Below are positions 17,981 to 25,491 of a DNA stretch of 39,214 nt, in pieces; the stretch's first letter is position 1; each line of letters begins with the position of its first letter. Made by a program: the position numbers and the translations under genes. The DNA comes from a virus (lineage: Duplodnaviria; Caudoviricetes). The notes below the pieces were generated by a model, which saw only the letters and a list, made by a program, of their open reading frames with translations, did no database searches and had not been told where the DNA came from. The stretch spans positions 1 to 39,214 of the IMG/VR virus record IMGVR_UViG_3300027818_000001, one strand, 5' to 3'.

Positions 17981-18049
17981 TCATTTCATAAAGAATAACG
18001 CCGTTAAAATCCCGATTGCAACAATAACATCAAAAACGCTTAATTTCAT
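17981..18049 (-). CDS. 22-aa hydrophobic peptide, first gene of the early operon
   Basis: AAGGAGG RBS; MKLSVFDVIVAIGILTALFFMK; stop overlaps the next RBS. Confidence 0.55.
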   Translation of the reverse strand: MKLSVFDVIVAIGILTALFFMK

Positions 18050-18070
18050 GCCGCCTCCTTTCTTACTACA

Positions 18071-18099
18071 ATTATACCATACCTTATTTACAATGTCAA
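18071..18099 (-). promoter_or_regulatory. Consensus sigma70 promoter (probable major early promoter)
   Basis: TTGACA, 17 nt, TATAAT, with TG extended -10 and AT-rich upstream sequence. Confidence 0.88.
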
Positions 18100-18150
18100 G
18101 AGATATTATTTAATTATTTTATTTTTATTTTACCCCCATTTACCGTCGAT

Positions 18151-18186
18151 AAATAAAAAAAGCGTGAAATTATTATTTTCACGCTT
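18151..18186 (-). terminator. Intrinsic terminator ending the late transcript
   Basis: AAGCGTGAAA/TTTCACGCTT stem followed by a T-run on the minus strand. Confidence 0.8.
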
Positions 18187-18238
18187 CCTTATTTATGCAG
18201 ATTTCATTAATTCAAAATAATTTATCTGCAAGCAATTA

Positions 18239-19249
18239 TTAATTATATTTAAGAATATTTATTTTTATGTGTTCTGCGATTGCTTGCATAAATTTTGGCA
18301 TTACTGAATTTCCTATTCTTGCCCACTGCTCTTCAAAGTTCCCTTTTAATTTAAAATTATCAGGATAAGAACTTAATCTTTTAATTTCCGTAATTGTTAA
18401 TTTTCTATTTTCAGAATAATGTATTAATCCATCTGAACTCGAACAATGATTAATTGTTTTTGTTATTGTCCATGAAGGTCTTAAATTATTTATTCTTCTT
18501 AAAGTAAATCCTGATCCATGCGGACTATATTTATCATAACATTCATCTTTTTTCATTTTACATATTCTCGGATAAATTACAGAATCTTTAATATGATTCA
18601 CCCATTTTAATTCCCAATCTTGATTCTTAATATTTTTTAATGCTTTTCCTGATGTAATTAAATTCTTATTCGGTATAGGAAATGAAGGTATAATATTTAA
18701 ATCTTTTCTTACTCCAATAAATATTAATCTTTGACGTGATTGAGGGACATTATAATATTTCGCATTCATTAATTTACATTTTACATTATAATTAATACTT
18801 TTTAATTTTATTAAAATTTCATTAAATTTTCCCTTATATGTTCCTTTTATCATTCCTGACACATTTTCCATAACAAATACTTTCGGTTTTAATTCGTTAA
18901 TTAATCGGACAAATTCCATAAATAAATCATTTCTTGAATCATTAAGATTTCTTTTTCCCGCTGTTGAAAATCCTTGACATGGCGGACTACCATCAAGTAA
19001 ATCAAGTTTATTTTCTTTTATATTACAAAAGTTCATTATTTCTTTCCCCGTTATTTTTATTATGTCTTTCTGCCAGCAAGGAATATCAGGAAAATTTAAT
19101 TTAAAAGTTTCAACTGCATTTTCATCAAAATCAATAGCAAGTAATTCTTTATATCCTGCCCATTTATACCCTAATGAACTACCGCCGCAACCGCAGAATA
19201 AAGATATTATTGTGGGGTTACCATTTATATCCGCATTTCGGACATTCAT
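18239..19249 (-). CDS. DNA (cytosine-5) methyltransferase
   Basis: SLFCGCGG, GSPPCQGFS, ENV, PQSRQR, IGNSV; start position uncertain. Confidence 0.93.
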   Translation of the reverse strand: MNVRNADINGNPTIISLFCGCGGSSLGYKWAGYKELLAIDFDENAVETFKLNFPDIPCWQKDIIKITGKEIMNFCNIKENKLDLLDGSPPCQGFSTAGKRNLNDSRNDLFMEFVRLINELKPKVFVMENVSGMIKGTYKGKFNEILIKLKSINYNVKCKLMNAKYYNVPQSRQRLIFIGVRKDLNIIPSFPIPNKNLITSGKALKNIKNQDWELKWVNHIKDSVIYPRICKMKKDECYDKYSPHGSGFTLRRINNLRPSWTITKTINHCSSSDGLIHYSENRKLTITEIKRLSSYPDNFKLKGNFEEQWARIGNSVMPKFMQAIAEHIKINILKYN

Positions 19250-19691
19250 TTTTTGTTTCAAGTAAATCAATTTCTTTTTCATTCGGTTCTTCAATTCCTG
19301 TTATTATAGTCATTTCTGATAAATCAAACCCAATATCTTTCAATAAATCCTCGTCGATATTCGCCAGCATATTAAAATCAAACTCGCCAGAATTTTTATT
19401 TAATCTGATGTTTAACTCCTGCTCTTTTTTAATATCAGGAATATTAACATAGACAACAGGCAATTCTTTCAATCCTAATTCAGAAGCAACCTTATGCCTC
19501 ATGTGTCCGCCGATGATAATATTTTTTCTTTTTGATGCTGAATTTACGATGATAGGGTCGGGAAATCCGAATCTCTTGATAGATTCTTTTAAATCGTCGA
19601 GTTGTTTTTGAGATGCTTTGCGGGGATTGTAGTCGCTTGGAATTAATTTCTCTATCGGCACATATACAATTTTATGGATTTTATCAATCAT
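19218..19691 (-). CDS. ParB/Sulfiredoxin-N domain protein with C-terminal CPKC
   Basis: YNPR, SIKRFGF.DPIIVN, IIGGH.R, LNIRLN. Confidence 0.85.
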   Translation of the reverse strand: MIDKIHKIVYVPIEKLIPSDYNPRKASQKQLDDLKESIKRFGFPDPIIVNSASKRKNIIIGGHMRHKVASELGLKELPVVYVNIPDIKKEQELNIRLNKNSGEFDFNMLANIDEDLLKDIGFDLSEMTIITGIEEPNEKEIDLLETKNECPKCGYKW

Positions 19692-20168
19692 CTAATTATA
19701 CGTTAAACCTATAAAGAATGACGGAAAAGAATAGTAACTATCGTAACTATCGAAACGTGCGCCGAACCGCAAATATATCAACCGCACCCCGTCATACCCT
19801 CGCGCAAGCTCTTCTGTTGTCGCTTCCTTGTACTTCCATAACTTTATGGTCATGTGAAATCCCAGCGGATATGAAATGTGAAAACTGATTCGCCAGGTCC
19901 CCTGTATCTTCTGGATAGCGTTGGGACCGTAAACGTGCCCCATGACCGGCTTTTTCCAGAATATCCAGCCCTTCCCGCAGGCGTATTCCCAGATATTCCA
20001 ATCGCCGCGCTCTGCCGTATCCCAGCGCATTACGTTGTATCCTATCAAGCACCGGGGCGGCATTGACCATTTAAACGCTGTCCAGCCCCTCGGAATAAAA
20101 CAGAAAGGGAAAATCCAATCATCATGATACTTGTCTCTTAAATGTTCTGGTAAAGCACTTTCCGGCAT
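19692..20168 (-). CDS. Aromatic-rich hypothetical protein
   Basis: Long W/F/Y-rich ORF directly after the holin; start is 20168 or 20183. Confidence 0.65.
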   Translation of the reverse strand: MPESALPEHLRDKYHDDWIFPFCFIPRGWTAFKWSMPPRCLIGYNVMRWDTAERGDWNIWEYACGKGWIFWKKPVMGHVYGPNAIQKIQGTWRISFHISYPLGFHMTIKLWKYKEATTEELARGYDGVRLIYLRFGARFDSYDSYYSFPSFFIGLTYN

Positions 20169-20169
20169 A

Positions 20170-20430
20170 TTATTTTTTTGCAACTTTCGCTATTGCTGCC
20201 CGTCCAGTTATCAATGCCAATGCTTCAAGTATTTTCTGGATTAAAGCGGCATTATCATTATCGCCAGCCCATTGAATAAGCGCACCGATTATCATGCCTA
20301 TTGCAACCAGATAAAGCTTTTTCCCAGATAAAAACAATCTTATTTTTTCAAACATAGGTTTCCCTCCTTTCCAATAATCAAATATATAAGTCAAAACAAT
20401 TTTAATCAAAATCTTTTTAATCCATTTCAT
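20170..20430 (-). CDS. Putative holin with two possible starts
   Basis: LSGKKLYLVAIGMIIGALI...LALITGRAAIAK; internal AGGAGG RBS before ATG 20355. Confidence 0.7.
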   Translation of the reverse strand: MKWIKKILIKIVLTYIFDYWKGGKPMFEKIRLFLSGKKLYLVAIGMIIGALIQWAGDNDNAALIQKILEALALITGRAAIAKVAKK

Positions 20431-20945
20431 TTTATTATATCCCAGATTTCAAACCAACCGCCTAAATCATCAGTCCCTTTTACAATACTGTTTGTTTCAG
20501 CCCGTCTATTTTCTGCCCATGCTTCTTCGTTGTAATCCAGCAGTAAGGGACGGCATTCGCCATAAGAAATAGTCTTAATTCTTGATGAGGAAATGCCGCA
20601 CGATTCAAAAACTTCTTTAACCGCCTGCGCTCTTTTTTCACCAAGTATCTGATTATATTCTTCCGTTCCCCGTTCGTCGCAATGCCCTTCAATCCTGATG
20701 TTAAGCTGCGGATATTTTTTGAGCAGATAAACATTGTGCTCAATAGCTTGCTGCATATCAGGACGGATTTCATAGCGGTCAAAATCAAAGTTAACGGTAA
20801 GAAATCCAAAAATTTCCTTATCCGTATCAATCTCTTTGATTACAACTGGTTCAATCGGGATATGTTTTTCCGGCACGATGACCGCCCGTTTTGCACATCC
20901 TGCAAATAATGCCGCAAGAAATAAAACAAATAAAATCTTTTTCAT
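20427..20945 (-). CDS. pal: Pal-like peptidoglycan-associated lipoprotein (OmpA C-terminal domain)
   Basis: Lipobox FAG|C; FDFDR, IEGHCDERGTEEYN..LGEKRA, ISYGE.RP, NRRA. Confidence 0.88.
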   Translation of the reverse strand: MKKILFVLFLAALFAGCAKRAVIVPEKHIPIEPVVIKEIDTDKEIFGFLTVNFDFDRYEIRPDMQQAIEHNVYLLKKYPQLNIRIEGHCDERGTEEYNQILGEKRAQAVKEVFESCGISSSRIKTISYGECRPLLLDYNEEAWAENRRAETNSIVKGTDDLGGWFEIWDIIK

Positions 20946-20953
20946 CTTCTCTG

Positions 20954-20974
20954 CCCCCCCCCCCTCTTTTTTTT
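20954..20974. repeat. C11 and T8 homopolymer tracts (A8-GA-G11 on the coding strand) at the Pal RBS
   Basis: Read directly: C at 20954-20964, T at 20967-20974. Confidence 0.85.
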
Positions 20975-20978
20975 ATTA

Positions 20979-21317
20979 TCATCCTTCAAAATGTCCATAA
21001 TCTTTAGTTCCGTCTGCAAATATAATCAATGCTTTCCCGCCAAGCTGCTGCCACCGTTCATGCCATTTGATTGATTTTTGTTCATTCCAAACAAACTGTA
21101 TTGTACCGTTGATGTCACTCAAATAAATATCAACCGCACATCCTGATTGATGTTTTGATAATTTATTAATTCCGTCGCATTGTGTTTTTTTTCTCAAGTA
21201 TAAATAAACCTGATCCATTGTTCCGCGCAATGCGTAATCAATAACAGGATTCTCGCCAGCTGTAATCATTTCAGAAAGTAACTGCGTTATGTTTTTAGTA
21301 AACTCTTGTCGTGTCAT
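20979..21317 (-). CDS. Endolysin, peptidase M15 / L-Ala-D-Glu peptidase-like
   Basis: R...Q..LY, SKHQSGCAVD, D.GHFE zinc-peptidase pattern. Confidence 0.8.
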   Translation of the reverse strand: MTRQEFTKNITQLLSEMITAGENPVIDYALRGTMDQVYLYLRKKTQCDGINKLSKHQSGCAVDIYLSDINGTIQFVWNEQKSIKWHERWQQLGGKALIIFADGTKDYGHFEG

Positions 21318-21468
21318 TTATTTTTTCTTTTTCCTTTTTATCGGGAATGCAATGCGAACAGATATGCGCCACCGCCTGCCCGTGAAAGTACACCAATCCA
21401 CAATCTTTTTCAAGATTTTCGTAATCAAACCAATATCCGCAAAGTTTACACTGCTTCCATTCGGGCAT
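21295..21468 (-). CDS. 57-aa Zn-finger protein (not in the ORF track)
   Basis: MPEWKQCKLC...ICSHC; GAGGGTGG RBS. Confidence 0.55.
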   Translation of the reverse strand: MPEWKQCKLCGYWFDYENLEKDCGLVYFHGQAVAHICSHCIPDKKEKEKINDTTRVY

Positions 21469-21480
21469 TAACCACCCTCG

Positions 21481-21864
21481 TTACTGTGCCCCGACTTTCT
21501 GCCAGCTTCTAAAATCAACCGCCGCCGTTGCTGTATGTACCACATATTGAGCGGTACGCCCCCACAATCCCGCGCGGGATGGTGTTGTTCCTGTATCAAC
21601 GTATGGCACAAGGAAATCGCCGGTTACAAATAGATTGACCGCTTCAACTGTTCCTGTTGAATATATCCGCACGAATGAAGTGCAATCAGCGATTAGCGGA
21701 TCAGTGGATGTGCTGTTATAAACAAAGAACATATTACCCCGATAATTCCACTGTACTTTATGGGTTGTTGTGTCTGCGTCGACAGAATACCACTGAACAC
21801 TATAAAAATCAGCATGAGCAAATGATGCAAGAAATAACAATAACGGCAATAATAATTTTTTCAT
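21481..21864 (-). CDS. Exported beta-rich protein
   Basis: Signal peptide MKKLLLPLLLFLASFAHA|D; GAGG RBS. Confidence 0.7.
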   Translation of the reverse strand: MKKLLLPLLLFLASFAHADFYSVQWYSVDADTTTHKVQWNYRGNMFFVYNSTSTDPLIADCTSFVRIYSTGTVEAVNLFVTGDFLVPYVDTGTTPSRAGLWGRTAQYVVHTATAAVDFRSWQKVGAQ

Positions 21865-22046
21865 GTTTCCTCTTTTTTCGGTTCTTCTTCCTTTAATAAT
21901 TTTTCAAGAACTTCAATAGCTCCAATCGTCGCATTGATTGTCGCAATACACTGCTCCCGTGCTTGTGTCAACTGCTGTAGGTTCTTTTCGTGCTTCTCTT
22001 TGTTTGCTTTCAACTCTTCCAACTCTTTCAAGATTTTTTCTTTCAT
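21861..22046 (-). CDS. Small coiled-coil protein after the tail fibre
   Basis: MKEKILKELEEL...GAIEVLEKLL; ATGA overlaps; AAGGAG RBS. Confidence 0.6.
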   Translation of the reverse strand: MKEKILKELEELKANKEKHEKNLQQLTQAREQCIATINATIGAIEVLEKLLKEEEPKKEET

Positions 22047-23065
22047 GCAGGTAGTCTCCTTTCGAGTTCTGATATTCTTGCTTCCGCTTCTTCCGCCCAG
22101 TGAGCAACACCGATTGATATTTTGCATATATCTTTGCCGTAAATTTCCTCTTCCTCTTTAGTTCCTCTGATACCTTGATAAGGTTTCAAAGGTTTCTTTG
22201 CATCTTTTAATGCCCATTTAAGGAAATCATTCCCGTTTATTTTTTCTTTGTCTTTAAAGTCATTGTCTTTTTTTATATCGGGGGAGAATGTACTCCATGC
22301 TTGATCGGCATATGCAGTACCATTTTTATTAAAATAATAACGAAGAGTTGCATTGTAATATAACTGTAAAGATGTCCCAGATGTTTCAGGTATTATTGTC
22401 CAAGCATATCCGGCATCGTAACTATGAGTTAAAATTAAACCCTTTGGAGTAGCGCCGACATAATTAATATTTACATCACCATAAAAAGTAGCTTTTTGAG
22501 ATGCGTCCAATCGCATGGCAATCGTCCCGCCGGTATAAAAATCCATTACATCTCCTGATGATTCGACTATAAAAGTATTACCGGAATCATCAAGATATAT
22601 TTTCTTTGTTGGATATGTAGAAAATCCTAACGGCGCACCTAATCCCTGCGTTGCTGAAACCCATGCCGCCACACTGCCGCCCGCATACCATTCACAATAA
22701 TTCGCACTCGCTTCTCTTATGTATGTATCATCTCCGCCATCAAGATATAACTTTTTTGTTGTTTCAATTATCACATTAACAGCAGGGTTAAAATATGTAT
22801 TGTGCATTTGGCATACAAGCGTGTCGCCGCAAACAACATATATTTGATTAGCATCGTTTTCTTTTATATAGGTATCTCCGCCACCGTCAAGATATAATAA
22901 TTTTGTCGTCGCAATCTTCAACCCTTCACTGAGTACCGGAGCTGATGAAAAAGTTTTTATTCCAGCAATCGTTACGTCGCCTGTTAATAAATCGGTGCGT
23001 AGATTGTTGTATTGCGATGCGAGAGCAGTCGTACCTGCACTAACATCTGAACTTAAAATTGCCAT
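22043..23065 (-). CDS. Tail fibre / receptor-binding protein
   Basis: TIAGIKTFSS fibre motif, three K(K/L)xYLDggxxTYI repeats, C-terminal coiled coil. Confidence 0.75.
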   Translation of the reverse strand: MAILSSDVSAGTTALASQYNNLRTDLLTGDVTIAGIKTFSSAPVLSEGLKIATTKLLYLDGGGDTYIKENDANQIYVVCGDTLVCQMHNTYFNPAVNVIIETTKKLYLDGGDDTYIREASANYCEWYAGGSVAAWVSATQGLGAPLGFSTYPTKKIYLDDSGNTFIVESSGDVMDFYTGGTIAMRLDASQKATFYGDVNINYVGATPKGLILTHSYDAGYAWTIIPETSGTSLQLYYNATLRYYFNKNGTAYADQAWSTFSPDIKKDNDFKDKEKINGNDFLKWALKDAKKPLKPYQGIRGTKEEEEIYGKDICKISIGVAHWAEEAEARISELERRLPA

Positions 23066-23085
23066 GATAATTCACCTCTTTAAAA

Positions 23086-23559
23086 TTATATTTCCTCAAT
23101 AGATATTTCCGAATCAATCGTCATTTCTTCGCTTGCTGTTTTTGTGTACGTCCCGTCAAAATTAAGATATGCAAACATCGTGCCGGTATCAGCAACCCCC
23201 GTTGCCTCTTCTCCGAATAACGCATACTGTGTCAATGCGTCGTTAGCTTCTGCGTCAGTAAAATATGATGTTATCGATAATACGTTGTCCGTGCGGGAAA
23301 ACGTAGAAATTGCTTTTCTGAATACCTCGTCATTCATAATCGTATCACCAGCAACCGGCGTTGATGCACCTATTCCTACCGCTCCGTAAGTTATAATACC
23401 TTCGTCTGTATGCACCTGTTCATCTGCCAGCCGGTCAAGGATAGCGTATATCCCTACGTTCGGGATTATGTTTTTAATCCATTTCGAGCGTCGTTTTATC
23501 CGCCCTGTTTTTTTATCCGTTAATGTTATTCTGTGTCTGCCGACAATACTAATGTTCAT
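23086..23559 (-). CDS. Tail tip / fibre-attachment protein
   Basis: KNII.N.G, AVG.G, LF...A, K...E..TI pattern; position after the hub protein. Confidence 0.6.
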   Translation of the reverse strand: MNISIVGRHRITLTDKKTGRIKRRSKWIKNIIPNVGIYAILDRLADEQVHTDEGIITYGAVGIGASTPVAGDTIMNDEVFRKAISTFSRTDNVLSITSYFTDAEANDALTQYALFGEEATGVADTGTMFAYLNFDGTYTKTASEEMTIDSEISIEEI

Positions 23560-23562
23560 ATT

Positions 23563-25176
23563 TTATCCCCATTTAAAAAGATTCCAGCGTCCCCGATTCG
23601 GCGTTGTCTCTTCGTCATTACTCCATACTGCCGCCGCTCCCGTATCCATCCACACATTTGTTATTTCTGCGGTCATTCCCAGCGCTGGACGGTATACCTT
23701 GAACACATTCAATATTTCATCTTCCCGTTCGATAATCTTCCGCCCGCTGTCGTATAATAATTTTAAGAAATCGTTCAATCCTTTTAATAACGTCGCGAAT
23801 GTTATCTCATACTCAAACCTGCCGCTTCCCAGCGATGTCATGGACACTTCTTGAATCAAATATTGAGCATTAACCCCGCGCGAAGGAATATTCACCGTCA
23901 ATAACTGCCCGCTTCTATACCCGTGCTGATTCGTCATGAATGAACCTTCAACAAGCGGATTTGAGTATTGGTCTAATTCACCTTGCGCCCGCGCGCGCGC
24001 CTGTGCTTTCGTTGCTATTGTTTCATCAACTATTAACGGCGATTCGTATATGCCGTTGCCGCCCTCATACAGTTTCATCATATCAATACTGTCTTGGTCA
24101 TCAACCTGTGATATTATCGGGACCCTGTATTTATACGTTATCTTGATTTTATGCCCTGCTGTCAATACCGCATGGTCAAGATTCTTGATAAGTTTTTCTG
24201 ATACATTAACAACAAAATCTTTGCCTGTAGTATCAATATTATCTATGCCAAGAGTCTTTTCTGCATATCCCCCGCCAGAGTCAACGTAAATCTTTATCGT
24301 GTCATACGGCGTATAATCGCATTGAAACGAATCCTGTGTCCCGTCCGCCGATCTTACCTGTGTATATAATTCAGATAACGCATACCCGCCCCGCACCGTT
24401 ACCCTATTTTTTAATTCTGATTTGTCAACGGAAATCTCAAGTCCGCTATATAACCCGCTTCCTGCGCTTTCTGTCAATTCATACGGCGCGGTATTCGTTC
24501 CCGGCGGGAAAAAATGGATGTTCTTATCATAGTCAACGTACCAATCATAACCAATCAGTCCCGCCAGCTCTTCAATACATTCAAACGGGTATTTGTAATT
24601 GAATGAAATATAATCTACTGTTGCGCCGTCCTCAACGTATGCACACCCTAATTCAGGACACCAATTTTCAACAATATCTTTTATAATCGCGCCCGCCGTA
24701 TCATCCTCGTAGGTCTCTGTAACCATTCGTTTATTAAGGCATTGCGTGTAATCGGAGCAGGCAACCTCGTATTGATATTTGCCTTGTGCGTATTGTATCT
24801 GCGGAGTCTCATCAATCTTGCCGCCGAATATTAATGATGGCGTTGCGCCGGCTGATGTTTTCATAAATACTAATACTTCCTGCCCCACAACCGGCTTATT
24901 ACTACCGCTGTCATCGTTTATAATGAATCCGCACGAATCAACCTCTTTGGTTAATATATTTGTTATCGACAATGACCCTAATTCTATCAAATCTGTTTTA
25001 TCAACCCCGTTTATCAGTATTGTTATTAATCCATAATCAATCGCTGTTCCCACACTTGCCAACGGAAGCCATGAATTACCAAGTCGTATATATGCACTCC
25101 CGTTACTCGGTTTTATCCATAAGCGCCCTGTAAATATATTCGTCGGCTCTGTTTCGCTGTATAATCTCCAATCCAT
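23563..25176 (-). CDS. Baseplate hub / tail tip protein
   Basis: IFGGKI, WYVDYDKNIHF, NRVTVRGG, SGQLLTV hub-like pattern; downstream of the tape measure. Confidence 0.7.
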   Translation of the reverse strand: MDWRLYSETEPTNIFTGRLWIKPSNGSAYIRLGNSWLPLASVGTAIDYGLITILINGVDKTDLIELGSLSITNILTKEVDSCGFIINDDSGSNKPVVGQEVLVFMKTSAGATPSLIFGGKIDETPQIQYAQGKYQYEVACSDYTQCLNKRMVTETYEDDTAGAIIKDIVENWCPELGCAYVEDGATVDYISFNYKYPFECIEELAGLIGYDWYVDYDKNIHFFPPGTNTAPYELTESAGSGLYSGLEISVDKSELKNRVTVRGGYALSELYTQVRSADGTQDSFQCDYTPYDTIKIYVDSGGGYAEKTLGIDNIDTTGKDFVVNVSEKLIKNLDHAVLTAGHKIKITYKYRVPIISQVDDQDSIDMMKLYEGGNGIYESPLIVDETIATKAQARARAQGELDQYSNPLVEGSFMTNQHGYRSGQLLTVNIPSRGVNAQYLIQEVSMTSLGSGRFEYEITFATLLKGLNDFLKLLYDSGRKIIEREDEILNVFKVYRPALGMTAEITNVWMDTGAAAVWSNDEETTPNRGRWNLFKWG

Positions 25177-25179
25177 GCC

Positions 25180-25491
25180 CTATGCCCCTGCAATAAGTAT
25201 GTACTGCCCGAATAAGTATAAATACGCCTGTTTAACGCTTTCCTTGCACCATATCCAGCCGGTTTGTATAGCATCGTCTGGCAGTTCTTCCTGCACAATA
25301 ACATTAAGATAATGCTTATCCGGCGTTGTCTCCGCCACATATACCCCGCCGCCAACTAATACAACCCACTCATCAAGCCAAATATATGCGATGTATTCAC
25401 TTGTCCCTATCGGATTAATCCATATCTCGCCATACCCTTGCTCAGTCGGCTCTGTTATGCTCACGGTAATTTCTCGATAATATATCGCCAT
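25180..25491 (-). CDS. Small tail protein with two EP..G.IW..P/AYI repeats
   Basis: TAATG-coupled to the tape measure; internal duplication. Confidence 0.6.
   Translation of the reverse strand: MAIYYREITVSITEPTEQGYGEIWINPIGTSEYIAYIWLDEWVVLVGGGVYVAETTPDKHYLNVIVQEELPDDAIQTGWIWCKESVKQAYLYLFGQYILIAGA

Noticed and set aside
19218-19260. -1 frameshift fusing ParB-N to the C5 methyltransferase at A AAA AAT
   Set aside because: The methyltransferase is in the +1 frame relative to ParB, so a -1 slip would not join them.
19218-19691. Plasmid-prophage partition system
   Set aside because: Only the ParB N-terminal domain is present; no HTH, ParA or parS-like array seen.
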